From Chthoniobacterales bacterium (GTDB lineage: Bacteria > Verrucomicrobiota > Verrucomicrobiia > Chthoniobacterales > DASVRZ01), in the NCBI GenBank assembly GCA_036525185.1, contig DATDAW010000029.1, forward strand, positions 13,162 to 77,161: a DNA stretch of 64,000 bases, in the 5' to 3' direction. How positions within the stretch are numbered: position 1 is the first letter of the stretch; every line of letters starts with the position of its first letter. Shown piece by piece: positions 10,521 through 19,735 of the stretch. Made by a program: the position numbers and the translations under genes. The notes under the pieces are model-generated. The model was given only the letters and a program-made list of their open reading frames with translations, made no database searches and was not told the origin of the DNA.

Positions 10521-10600
10521 GCAGCGTAGACCTTCTACGGTTCCGCGGAATTCAGCAACCGTGAAATTGGAACAGGAATGCGGATCAACGAATCGGGGTA

Positions 10601-10633
10601 CAAAAACAGAGCTGACATCGTCCGTCAGCTCTG
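10601..10633 (-). terminator. Rho-independent terminator downstream of tsf
   Basis: On the minus strand: CAGAGCTGAC-GGACGAT-GTCAGCTCTG followed by TTTTTG, starting 19 nt after the tsf stop. Confidence 0.7.
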
Positions 10634-10652
10634 CATTTCATTTTCTACGGTC

Positions 10653-11288
10653 TTAGTTTTCTTCGGCTGCCGTCGCCGTGCTGCCAAGGTCCTCGCCGAC
10701 CATGTAGCGGGTGAAACGACGGATCTGAATGTTTTCGCCAAGCTCAACAATCTTGCTCTTCACAAAATCGTTGATGGACTGATCCGGGTTCTTGATAAAC
10801 GCTTGGTCCAGCAGGCAGACAGAGCTGTAGAATTTTTCCACTTTTCCATCGACGATTTTTTCGACGATGTTTTCCGGTTTGCCTTTTACCTGTGCACGGC
10901 CGATTTCGCGTTCTTTTTCAATGACTTCGGCGGGAACCTGATCGCGAGACAGGTAAAGCGGATGAGCCGCGGCGATGTGAAGCGTGATGTCCTTCACAAA
11001 TTCCCGAAACGTGTCGTTCTTGGCTACGAAATCCGTTTCGCAATTGATCTCAACGAGGACGCCGACCTTACCTTGAAGGTGGATGTAGGAGGCGACAATG
11101 CCTTCCTTGGTGGCGCGGGACGATTTCTTGCTGGCCTGCGCGATACCTTTGGTGCGGAGAATGGTCTCGGCTTTTTCGAGGTCGCCGCCCGCTTCGGAGA
11201 GGGCGCGTTTGCAGTCCATCATTCCGGCGTTGGTCTTCTCGCGAAGGGTTTTGACGAGTTGGGGATTGATTTCCGTGGTGGCTGACAT
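10653..11288 (-). CDS. tsf: Translation elongation factor Ts (short form)
   Basis: N-terminal UBA-like LVKTLREKTNAGMMDCKRALSEAGGDLEKA. Located directly downstream of rpsB. Confidence 0.95.
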   Translation of the reverse strand: MSATTEINPQLVKTLREKTNAGMMDCKRALSEAGGDLEKAETILRTKGIAQASKKSSRATKEGIVASYIHLQGKVGVLVEINCETDFVAKNDTFREFVKDITLHIAAAHPLYLSRDQVPAEVIEKEREIGRAQVKGKPENIVEKIVDGKVEKFYSSVCLLDQAFIKNPDQSINDFVKSKIVELGENIQIRRFTRYMVGEDLGSTATAAEEN

Positions 11289-11390
11289 GGGCTTTAAGCG
11301 GGTAAATAGTTGTTTTTGATACCAGGCAGGCCACTCGCAATGAGTGACTTGTATTGAAACTCCTGGAGGAGCCCTCGAAAGGGGGGGCGC

Positions 11391-12119
11391 TTATTCGGCG
11401 ACGCCGGCGAGTTCGGCTTCGTCCTTCTTGGTTTCGCGATGCGCTCCGGAGACGATGGCATCGACCAATTTTTGAAGGATGATGCGGATCGCGCGAATGG
11501 CGTCGTCGTTGCCTGCAATTGGGTAATTGATCAGATCCGGGTCGGCGTTGGTGTCAACGATGGCGACGGTTGGGATACCGAGCCGGCGCGCTTCAGCGAC
11601 CGCAATGCTTTCGCGATTGGTGTCGATAATGACAATGGCGTCGGGAAGTTTTTCCATATCCCGGATGCCTTCGAGGTTTCTGGTGAGCTTGGCGCCTTCG
11701 CGGCCGATGGCTGCGAGTTCCTGCTTACCCATCATGTGATACTCGGGCGCTTTTTCGATCTGCTCGATGTATTTGAGGCGGGCGATGCTTTTACGGATGG
11801 TGGCGAGATTGGTGAGGGTGCCGCCGAGCCAACGCTGATTGACGTAGTAATGACCGCAGGCGATGGCGGCTTCTTTAACGGCTTCCTGGGCTTGCTTTTT
11901 GCAGCCGATGAAAAGGATTTTGCCGCCACGAGCGGAAACGTCGCTAAGAAAATCGGTCGCGCCCTGAATCTGGCGCACGGTTTCGCCAAGGTTAATGATA
12001 TAAATGGCGTTGCGCTTCTCGAAGATGTACGGCCGCATTTTCGGGTTCCAGCGTTTCGTCTGATGGCCAAAATGGACTCCCGCTTCGAGGAGTTCGGTCA
12101 TGAGTTCAATAGAAGACAT
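11391..12119 (-). CDS. rpsB: 30S ribosomal protein S2
   Basis: [19 protein letters not shown] and the remaining uS2 core. Conserved rpsB-tsf order. Confidence 0.97.
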   Translation of the reverse strand: MSSIELMTELLEAGVHFGHQTKRWNPKMRPYIFEKRNAIYIINLGETVRQIQGATDFLSDVSARGGKILFIGCKKQAQEAVKEAAIACGHYYVNQRWLGGTLTNLATIRKSIARLKYIEQIEKAPEYHMMGKQELAAIGREGAKLTRNLEGIRDMEKLPDAIVIIDTNRESIAVAEARRLGIPTVAIVDTNADPDLINYPIAGNDDAIRAIRIILQKLVDAIVSGAHRETKKDEAELAGVAE

Positions 12120-12304
12120 ATGTGCGATCGATTTGCCCTTAAACCAGGACAGAAAGTATATATGGGTTAGAAGTTGTGTGTTGGTTTGGTTTTCCGGAAA
12201 AATGCGGGACGGAGAGTATTGACGAAGTGGTTTGAGTGCGCAAGGCCCAATTTGAGAGGATTTGCCGCCCGTCGCAGTTATGCGATTCGTGCTGCGCGAA
12301 TTTA

Positions 12305-13396
12305 ATGAACCTCAAGCTACCACTGTTCGAAGAAGCTGCTGCATTTTTAGAGTTGTTCTGGCGGGAAACCCGCGCCGCAGGGGATCTCGAAACACGGCTT
12401 GCCATGGTGGAGGAGGATATCGAGCGGACGGGGACGTGGACGCCATCGTTTGAGGAACTCGAGCATGGCGGGCGGGTCGCCTGGAGAAACAATGCGCGCT
12501 GCATTGGGCGGTTGATGTGGCGATCGTTGCAGGTGCGCGATTGTCGGCACGTAACTTCGCGTTCGGCGGTTTTCGAGGAGTGCAGAAATCATCTGAGGCG
12601 TGCAACGAACGGAGGAAATATCCGGCCGCTCATGACGGTTTTTCCCGCTGCGTCCGTGGACAAGGGCGAGTGGCGGATTTGGAACTATCAACTGCTGGGA
12701 TATGCCGGATGGCCTTCGGAATCTCATCCAGGCGATCCGATGCAGGGCGATTTCACGCGGGCCATTTGCCGGTTGGGTTGGAGCGGTCCTGGAATGAAGT
12801 CGAACTTCGATCTCCTGCCGTTGGCGGTGCAGAGCCCGGACGGTCGCGTGGACTTGTATGAATGGCAGCCTGGCGATGTTCGGGAAGTGGAGATCGAACA
12901 TCCGACGTTGGGTTTTTCCCAAGAAATGAAGCTGAAATGGTATGCCGTGCCCGCTGTTTCCAATATGTGTTTTCATTTCGGCGGCCTTCGTTTCACGGCG
13001 GCTCCGTTCAATGGCTATTATATGGGCACGGAAATCGGCGCACGGAACCTGGCCGATGCGCACCGGTACGATTTGCTTCCTGAAATTGCCCGGCGAATGG
13101 GGCTGGACACCTCACGAGATTCAACACTCTGGAAAGACCGGGCGCTGGTGGAATTGAATGTGGCCGTGCTCGATTCGTTTGAAAGAGCGGGCGTGACGAT
13201 CGTCGATCACCACACGGTGAGCGCACAATTCATGCAATTTCTTGAAAACGAGCGGCGCCAGGAACGCGTTGTCTCTGGCGATTGGAGTTGGCTGGTCCCG
13301 CCGATGAGCAGCTCGACGACACCGGTTTTCCACCGCTACTACGAGAACCGCGTCGAGCTTCCGAATTTCCTGCCGCAGGAACCTGCCTATTCCTAA
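12305..13396 (+). CDS. nos: Nitric oxide synthase oxygenase domain (bacterial NOS, no fused reductase)
   Basis: Heme-thiolate motif [14 protein letters not shown]; substrate-site [17 protein letters not shown]; C-terminal [19 protein letters not shown] at 12305 ([11 protein letters not shown]) is preferred over the longer track ORF. Confidence 0.85.
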   Translation: MNLKLPLFEEAAAFLELFWRETRAAGDLETRLAMVEEDIERTGTWTPSFEELEHGGRVAWRNNARCIGRLMWRSLQVRDCRHVTSRSAVFEECRNHLRRATNGGNIRPLMTVFPAASVDKGEWRIWNYQLLGYAGWPSESHPGDPMQGDFTRAICRLGWSGPGMKSNFDLLPLAVQSPDGRVDLYEWQPGDVREVEIEHPTLGFSQEMKLKWYAVPAVSNMCFHFGGLRFTAAPFNGYYMGTEIGARNLADAHRYDLLPEIARRMGLDTSRDSTLWKDRALVELNVAVLDSFERAGVTIVDHHTVSAQFMQFLENERRQERVVSGDWSWLVPPMSSSTTPVFHRYYENRVELPNFLPQEPAYS

Positions 13397-13418
13397 GTGA
13401 AAACCCACTCCTGAAAAT

Positions 13419-13961
13419 TCATCCCTTTTCCGACTCAGTCTCCACCCAGCGAGCATAAAGCCAGCAAAGATCGGAAAGACGGTTGAGATAACGGATGATC
13501 TCGGGATTCACGGGAGTGTCGGTTTCGGAAAGTTCGACGACGCGACGTTCCGCTCGGCGGCAAATGGTGCGGGCGAAGTCGAGCGTTGCGGAAGCGGTGT
13601 TGTAGCCGGGCGTGGCCCAGTGTTTGAGGCTGATTTTTCGATTCTCCTCAAGGTCACTAATGATCGCCGTAAGGGCGTCCACCATGGCGCCTGTGATGCT
13701 GCCGAAGCCGTCCCTTTCAAAGCGTTCGCGATCCGCGGGCTCGGTGGCGAGCTCGCCCATGAGAGTGACGAGCTCTGTTTGGATACCAAAGATCGTGTCC
13801 ATGATTTCTTTGCCCGGCGCGGCTGCCCGGACGAGGCCCAGTGCGGCATTGAGCTCATCCACGGCGCCACAGGCTTCCACCCGGGGATGAATCTTGGAGA
13901 CGCGACGCCCATACATCAGTGTGGTCGTCCCCTTGTCACCGGTTTTTGTGGCGATGCTCAT
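13419..13961 (-). CDS. ATP:cob(I)alamin adenosyltransferase, PduO type
   Basis: TKTGDKGTTTLMYGRRVSK, VEACGAVDELNAALG; typical ~180 aa length. Confidence 0.9.
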   Translation of the reverse strand: MSIATKTGDKGTTTLMYGRRVSKIHPRVEACGAVDELNAALGLVRAAAPGKEIMDTIFGIQTELVTLMGELATEPADRERFERDGFGSITGAMVDALTAIISDLEENRKISLKHWATPGYNTASATLDFARTICRRAERRVVELSETDTPVNPEIIRYLNRLSDLCWLYARWVETESEKG

Positions 13962-14049
13962 GACATTAAAATCCGAATGGCGAAGTCAGCCGTCGTGATC
14001 TGCGCCATTTGCCAGGTGTTAGATATTCCCCGTCTAGCATTTGGTTTTC

Positions 14050-14514
14050 TCAGTACACATAAGGCTTTGGCAGAACAAAGGCATTGCGGACGATGTTGAT
14101 GCTCCGTTTGTCGCCGTCGAGGACGACTTCAACGATATCAAAACGGAAGGCCACGTCCGGATTGTCGAGGAGCCTCAGCCAGGCCATTGCGCCCCGGGCG
14201 ATGAAATACTGTTTTTGGCGATCGACTGCGGTAATGGGGCGCCCAAAGTCCAGCGAAGATCGCGTCTTTACTTCGACGAAAACAAGGGTTTTTTCCACGA
14301 TATCGCGACAGACAATATCCACTTCGCCGCCCTTCGGAGCGCGGAAATTATGGTGGAGAATTTTATAGCCGTTGCGTCGCAAATGTTTGGCGGCGAGGCG
14401 TTCTCCGCGAAGACCCAGCTCAATATGCGCGGCAGGCGGCGGGCGATCCGGCTCAAAAGAGCCACTGTTCCGCCACAGGCGCAAACGAGCGACGATGGAT
14501 CGGACAAGGTCCAT
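14050..14514 (-). CDS. yraN: YraN-family endonuclease (UPF0102)
   Basis: GERLAAKHLRRNGYKILHHNFR..GEVDIVCRD...LVFVEVKTR core. Conserved rnhB-yraN order. The start is uncertain; ATG at 14514 overlaps the rnhB 3' end. Confidence 0.8.
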   Translation of the reverse strand: MDLVRSIVARLRLWRNSGSFEPDRPPPAAHIELGLRGERLAAKHLRRNGYKILHHNFRAPKGGEVDIVCRDIVEKTLVFVEVKTRSSLDFGRPITAVDRQKQYFIARGAMAWLRLLDNPDVAFRFDIVEVVLDGDKRSINIVRNAFVLPKPYVY

Positions 14515-15067
14515 GGCTCCGCAGCATGGCGAGATGTTGCGGAGTTGCATAGCCTTTATGTTGATCGAACCGGTAATCCGGATATTCGTCGTGCCATCGA
14601 CGCATGATCCGGTCGCGCGTGACTTTCGCGATGACGCTGGCTGCGGCGATGGAAAAACTGAGTTCGTCACCTCCGACGAGCGCTGTTTGAGGAATAGGAA
14701 ATGGCTGGACTGGTAATCCGTCGATTAACACATGCGAGGGTGCGGTGGACAATCCTGCGATTGCCAGCCGCATGGCGTGATGAGTGGCGCGAAGGATGTT
14801 AAGTCGATCGATTTCCATCGGCTCGACTGACGCCACCGACCACCGAATTGCCGTGTTTGTTGTTAATTCAGCGAAAATCTCGTCGCGGGCGAGTGGTGAT
14901 AATTGCTTGGAATCCGTGAGTTTCGCGTGCGAAAATCTTTCGGGTAGAACCACCGCGGCTGCCACAACCGGGCCTGCGAGCGGCCCGCGCCCTGCCTCAT
15001 CAATTCCTGCAACAGAATGCCAGCCTTTCCGTCGCAGGAGATTTTCATGGTGAAGGCTGCAGCGCAT
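14453..15067 (-). CDS. rnhB: Ribonuclease HII
   Basis: GIDEAGRGPLAGPVVAAAVVL active-site motif; length ~204 aa. Confidence 0.93.
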   Translation of the reverse strand: MRCSLHHENLLRRKGWHSVAGIDEAGRGPLAGPVVAAAVVLPERFSHAKLTDSKQLSPLARDEIFAELTTNTAIRWSVASVEPMEIDRLNILRATHHAMRLAIAGLSTAPSHVLIDGLPVQPFPIPQTALVGGDELSFSIAAASVIAKVTRDRIMRRWHDEYPDYRFDQHKGYATPQHLAMLRSHGPCPIHRRSFAPVAEQWLF

Positions 15068-15179
15068 GATCCGAAGTCTTCTGTTCAGAGGTCCAGAAAA
15101 GAGTTCGATGAACGTCTATCAAACTCCATTTCACACTCCACTGGCAATCGGACTCTGAATCCCCCAAAACTCCCCAATT

Positions 15180-15959
15180 TTAGAGACGGCTTAGCAGATC
15201 GGTTTTCTTGGCGGTGAATTCGTCGTCTGTCAGCACTCCCGCGTCCCGCAACTGGCCGAGTTTTTCAAGCAGCGTCACCAGATCGGCAGGGCTTTGGCCC
15301 GTGCTCATTTGCGGCTCCGGAGCAGGGGATGACTGCGGGGGCGGGGGTGGCGCTGACACTGGCGCTGATGGCTGCTGAACTGCGAAGTTCGTCTGAGGAG
15401 GTTCAGGTGCAGCCGGCCCGGAGATCCGCGGCAGGTTGTTGACGGCAATGGTCCCGTATTGGCTGCTAAAAGTAAGCGAGTCGCCGCCGCCTTGCTGCTG
15501 GCTGACACCTCCGATGTTGTGATCGAGCGTGTCGAACACAGAAATCTGGTCTCCCCGCTGAACTACCAATCGTCGGGATTGGGGAAAAACAGCGTACCGA
15601 ACGTTGTTTTGTGCGCCGACGCTCGATGGCACGCCGAATTCCGCGGGCCACCAATTGTTCCCCCCCGACACGCCTGCCTGGACGGGCGGGAAGATTTGGG
15701 TTGTTGCGAGCGCGTTCGAGATTTCTTCGCACAGATTTACGACGGTCGTTTTCAGTGAGTAGTTGAACATGTCGCTGACCATGGTCATACCGCCCTTCAT
15801 CCATTGTCCGTTGCCGAGTTCGGGGACACTGAATTGAGCCATGGTGCCGCCGCCGTTGTTGACAGCGATAATCATCTGGACCGCGGATTGGTGGCTGAGG
15901 CCGTAGCGTGAGGAAATGTTGTTGGCGAGCTGCTCGCCTTGAGGAGTCAATGTTTGCAT
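15180..15959 (-). CDS. Uncharacterised protein: unknown Gly-rich N-terminal domain, Pro-rich linker, C-terminal SHOCT domain
   Basis: C-terminal LGQLRDAGVLTDDEFTAKKTDLL matches the SHOCT short oligomerisation motif. The N-terminal ~185 aa are paralogous to the next gene. Confidence 0.75.
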   Translation of the reverse strand: MQTLTPQGEQLANNISSRYGLSHQSAVQMIIAVNNGGGTMAQFSVPELGNGQWMKGGMTMVSDMFNYSLKTTVVNLCEEISNALATTQIFPPVQAGVSGGNNWWPAEFGVPSSVGAQNNVRYAVFPQSRRLVVQRGDQISVFDTLDHNIGGVSQQQGGGDSLTFSSQYGTIAVNNLPRISGPAAPEPPQTNFAVQQPSAPVSAPPPPPQSSPAPEPQMSTGQSPADLVTLLEKLGQLRDAGVLTDDEFTAKKTDLLSRL

Positions 15960-15971
15960 GAATGATGAAGT

Positions 15972-16529
15972 CTATGGAATCGCTGGCCCTGAGACACGCG
16001 GCAGGCTGCTCACGGCGATGGTTCCATGCTGGCTGTTAAAAGTGAGTGAATCGCTGCTACCTTGTTGCTGGCTGACGCCCCCGATGTGGTGATCGAGTGT
16101 GTCAAAAACAGAGACTTGGTCACCGCGCTGGATGGCCAATCGCTTGCTTTCGGGGAAAACGGCGTAGCGAATGTTGTTTTGACCGCCGCTGCTCGACGGG
16201 GTTCCCAATTCCGCTGGCCACCAGTTGTTTCCCGTCGCTGAGCCCGCTTTGAGGGGCGGGAAAATTTCTGTGGTTGCAAGCGTGTTCGAGATTTCTTCGC
16301 ACAGATTCACAACGGTTGTCTTCAACTTGTCGTTGAACATGTCACTGACCATGGTCATGCCGCCTTTCATCCATTGTCCGCTGCCGAGTTCAGGAACATT
16401 AAATTGAGCCATAGTGCCGCCGCCTTTGTTGACCGCAATGATCATTTGGACCGCGGAATCATGACTCAGGCCGTAACGTCCGGCGATATTTTTGGCGAGT
16501 TCCTCGCCCTGGGGAGTTAATGTCGACAT
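15972..16529 (-). CDS. Uncharacterised protein, tandem paralog of 15180-15959 lacking the SHOCT tail
   Basis: Aligns residue-for-residue with the neighbour (e.g. GGGTMAQF.VPELG.GQWMKGGMTMVSDMFN, TTVVNLCEEISN, GNNWWPAE). ATG at 16529 is preferred. Confidence 0.75.
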   Translation of the reverse strand: MSTLTPQGEELAKNIAGRYGLSHDSAVQMIIAVNKGGGTMAQFNVPELGSGQWMKGGMTMVSDMFNDKLKTTVVNLCEEISNTLATTEIFPPLKAGSATGNNWWPAELGTPSSSGGQNNIRYAVFPESKRLAIQRGDQVSVFDTLDHHIGGVSQQQGSSDSLTFNSQHGTIAVSSLPRVSGPAIP

Positions 16530-16691
16530 CGTTTGTGTAACCTTAAGAGGCGTTCGCACCGGCACGGGCGTAAAGCAATAGATTATCGCACGCTTGATTT
16601 TACGGCATTCTCTGAAAACGGAAGGTTTCTGAGGGCAATGCCTTCTCCTTCAAACGCTTGTACGCGACGATGCTGAAATAGTCCGGATCCC

Positions 16692-17744
16692 TTACTTTTG
16701 AAAACAGCGTTTCAAGTTCGGGTCCGTGTGGAGCGCGTTTTCGATCTCCGGCACACAATCCCTGGAGGAAAGGATCGTATAAAAGTCGGATTTGATCGAC
16801 GGCGCGATGCGCACGGCGGCCATCCATTCCGAGCGGTCGAAGGGATCTCGTGCGATGGCGTCCCAAAACCGCGTCGCCTCGAATAATTGGGCGATGGATT
16901 CCGAATGTTGATTCTGGATGAGGCTCATCAGGTAGGTGGCAACACCGACCTGAAGTCCGTGGAGGCGTGGACGCTTGCTGATGCTGTCCAAGGCATGTGA
17001 AATCAGATGTTCGCTTCCGCTGGCTGGGCGTGAAGATCCGCAAATCGCCATGGAAATGCCGTTCAGAAGCAATGCGCTGCCGAGCAGCTTTGTTCCCTCC
17101 AGGTCGCGGGTGGGGCGGGCCATGAATTGATAAACACTACTGTCGGAGAGAAGGGCCGCGAAATCGTCCACCGGCGTTCCGGCAGCGTGAAAGGCAAGTT
17201 TCCAGTCGGTGACGGCGCTGAATTTTGCCACGAGATCGCCAACTCCGGAATGCCAGAGAATCTCCGGAGCGCCCATACAGATGGCGGTGTCGATGATCAC
17301 GCCGTGCGGCATGGTCGATGGCAGGGAACGACGGCGGCCACCCACGGTCAAACTCGATTGAGGACTGCATATACCGTCGTTCGACAGAGACGTCGGCACG
17401 GCGAAATAGGGAAGCCGAGAGAGAAAGGCAACGTATTTTGCGACGTCCAGCGCCTTTCCTCCGCCGAAGCCGATGATCGCGTCCACGGGAACCGGAAGCC
17501 GATTAAAACAAGCGGTGGCTTCTTCAAAACTGGCGGAGGTCACCGCCATTTGTTGCACGGTGTCGACATTTCGCGAGGTGAGTGATGTGGCGAGACGATT
17601 TACGAGGCTGGCGTCGAGATCCTGGCTGAAAAAGAGGAGGACTCGCGTAAATGCATTGCGCTCGGCGTAGATACCCATGCGATCGAGCGCATCGGGTTTG
17701 ACACGGACCACGGCTGGAATCGTGGTTTGCTTGGGCGTCAACAT
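16692..17744 (-). CDS. Glycerol-1-phosphate dehydrogenase-like (AraM/EgsA-type, iron-containing alcohol dehydrogenase superfamily)
   Basis: GGGKALDVAKYVA nucleotide loop, SLSNDGICSP, metal-site GSEHLISHALD. ATG at 17744 overlaps the upstream stop by 7 nt. Confidence 0.65.
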   Translation of the reverse strand: MLTPKQTTIPAVVRVKPDALDRMGIYAERNAFTRVLLFFSQDLDASLVNRLATSLTSRNVDTVQQMAVTSASFEEATACFNRLPVPVDAIIGFGGGKALDVAKYVAFLSRLPYFAVPTSLSNDGICSPQSSLTVGGRRRSLPSTMPHGVIIDTAICMGAPEILWHSGVGDLVAKFSAVTDWKLAFHAAGTPVDDFAALLSDSSVYQFMARPTRDLEGTKLLGSALLLNGISMAICGSSRPASGSEHLISHALDSISKRPRLHGLQVGVATYLMSLIQNQHSESIAQLFEATRFWDAIARDPFDRSEWMAAVRIAPSIKSDFYTILSSRDCVPEIENALHTDPNLKRCFQK

Positions 17745-18376
17745 GTGAGGCGTTCCGCGATTTGCGACCATTTTTCGAAACGGTGGAATTCCTGGCTCTG
17801 CTCTGTTAAGGCATCAGCCAGCCAGCCGCGTGCGAAACGTCTCTCTGACGGTACCAACAATGAAGGTTCGAAATCGGGCCGGCCATCGCCGGCAAAAGCG
17901 ACACAGTCCGAGCGCCGGAGGGCGTCTTTAACAATTTCCAGTTTGTTTACGCCGGTTGTGGGACTGAAAAATGGGGACTGTTCCGGGAGCGACATGAGGA
18001 GGCCATTGTGAGGATCGAAGGTTCCCGGGTTGGAATAAACGGTTACTGAGACTCCGGCTTTGGAGAGGAGATAGTTGATGTACCAGGCACACCCGGCGGA
18101 GGCGATTACGATTTCCCAACCGCTGTCCTGCAGGTCGCGGACGGATTGGCCGACGCCTGCGTCGAGCCCCATCGAATCGGCCAACTCGAGCAAGGACGCT
18201 TCATTCGTACGAATACGTCGGAAGATTTCGGCCAGCGCTTCAAAGTGAGTGATCTTGCCGGCCACGTATTTTTCCCACGGATCGTCTTCGGGAGGAACCG
18301 GCCAGCGTTCGCGGACCAGGTCAAAGAAATCACGCTGTGTCAAAGTGCTGTCGAAGTCGGATATAAGGATGCGCAT
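17738..18376 (-). CDS. HAD-IB family phosphatase (MtnX/phosphoserine-phosphatase-like)
   Basis: Motif I ISDFDSTLT at the N-terminus; motif IV FAGDGRPD. Confidence 0.8.
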   Translation of the reverse strand: MRILISDFDSTLTQRDFFDLVRERWPVPPEDDPWEKYVAGKITHFEALAEIFRRIRTNEASLLELADSMGLDAGVGQSVRDLQDSGWEIVIASAGCAWYINYLLSKAGVSVTVYSNPGTFDPHNGLLMSLPEQSPFFSPTTGVNKLEIVKDALRRSDCVAFAGDGRPDFEPSLLVPSERRFARGWLADALTEQSQEFHRFEKWSQIAERLTC

Positions 18377-18584
18377 CGTTTTCCAGTGGCGCCGAGGATA
18401 TAAGGCTAACGGCCGAGGCGCCAGAAGTATCGCCGTCGTCTGGTGATCAATTTGGAACGGCCACTGATCAAAGAAGGCGTGAAACGATTCGTGAATCCGT
18501 CACGAGGATTTGGCGTCTTTGCGCCTTACAGTGGGAAAAAGCACGCGCCAAGTCGCGGGGGCATCCGTTCAGGCATTGATGAAG

Positions 18585-19727
18585 TCACGTCTGCACCGGA
18601 GATTGCGAGACGTTTCCGAGGCATTTCAGCACGGCGGCGGCGGCCCGGTGGCTGGCGCCGCGGGAGCCGAGGGTGGCGATGACGCTTTTTAGGTCGGCGT
18701 CGAGTTGGGCGCGGCGGATGGGGTTGAAGATCATCGGTTCAAGCGCGGCGACGATCAGATCCGGGCGAGCGTTTTGCTGGATAAATTCCGGAATGACTTC
18801 GCGGCCGGCGAGGATGTTGGCCATCCCGAGAAATGGCACGCGAATGACGCGGCGTCCGACTTCATACGTCAGCGGGGAGACTTTGTAGATGAGCGCGTAA
18901 GGCAAATTGAAAAACGTCGCTTCAAGCGTTGCTGTGCCCGAGGCGATTAAACCGGCGGCGCAGGTCTGCATGAGTGTGGCGGAGGTGCGCAGTTGGACCT
19001 CGCTGGCAAGTCCCGGAGGAATCATCGACCGGATGAGGGACTCAAGTTTTTCGCTTGCGGCAGGAACTGCAAAGCGGAGTTGAGGGTGTTTCTCTGCCAG
19101 CAATTGCGCGGCTTCGAGCATGATGGGGAAGATTTTCCGGATCTCCCGTTCGCGGCTGCCGGGGAAAAGGCCAATGAGATGCGAGTCGCGTTCGACGCCC
19201 GGGATGCGCTTTTTTTCCAGTTCATCCAGCATCGGATGGCCGGCGAATTCAGTCCGGAGGCCGGACCGGTCGTAAAGGTCTTTCTCGAACGGGAAGAGGC
19301 AGATCATCAGATCGAGCCATTTGGCCATTTTTGGAATACGCCCGCGGTTCCAGGCCCAGACCTGGGGGCTAATGTAGTAGATGATTTTCAGCTTGGGAAA
19401 CTTCGCGCGTAACGCTTTGGCAAGGCGCAAGTTAAAACCGGGATAATCGATCAGGATCACTGCGTCGGGCTGAACCTGACCGATTTCGGCGATCATCCGA
19501 TGAAACTGGCTCCGAAAATAGCCGTAGTTTTTTATGACCTCCCATAGTCCAACGACGGCATGGCTGGTCCATTCCGTGAAATTCTTGCCTGCGAGCCGTT
19601 GCATTTCGGGGCCGCCAGCGCCGCTAAACTGCACGGGGACAGTGCTTTGCGCTGCGATGTCACGCATCAGCGCCGCACCGTGCGCATCGCCGCTGAGTTC
19701 GCCGGCTACAAGGTAAAGGCGGATCAT
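18585..19727 (-). CDS. lpxB: Lipid-A-disaccharide synthase
   Basis: LVAGELSGDAHGAALMRDI N-terminus and LpxB-length GT19 body. ATG at 19727 is preferred; the track start at 19763 is GTG inside the repeat. Confidence 0.9.
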   Translation of the reverse strand: MIRLYLVAGELSGDAHGAALMRDIAAQSTVPVQFSGAGGPEMQRLAGKNFTEWTSHAVVGLWEVIKNYGYFRSQFHRMIAEIGQVQPDAVILIDYPGFNLRLAKALRAKFPKLKIIYYISPQVWAWNRGRIPKMAKWLDLMICLFPFEKDLYDRSGLRTEFAGHPMLDELEKKRIPGVERDSHLIGLFPGSREREIRKIFPIMLEAAQLLAEKHPQLRFAVPAASEKLESLIRSMIPPGLASEVQLRTSATLMQTCAAGLIASGTATLEATFFNLPYALIYKVSPLTYEVGRRVIRVPFLGMANILAGREVIPEFIQQNARPDLIVAALEPMIFNPIRRAQLDADLKSVIATLGSRGASHRAAAAVLKCLGNVSQSPVQT

Positions 19728-19735
19728 GGATGAAG

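Noticed and set aside
18487-18510. attcgtgaatccgtca, similar to attcgtaatccgtca at 62392
   Set aside because: A ~15-nt near-match between two sites in 64 kb is within chance expectation, so it was not used as evidence for a repeat family.
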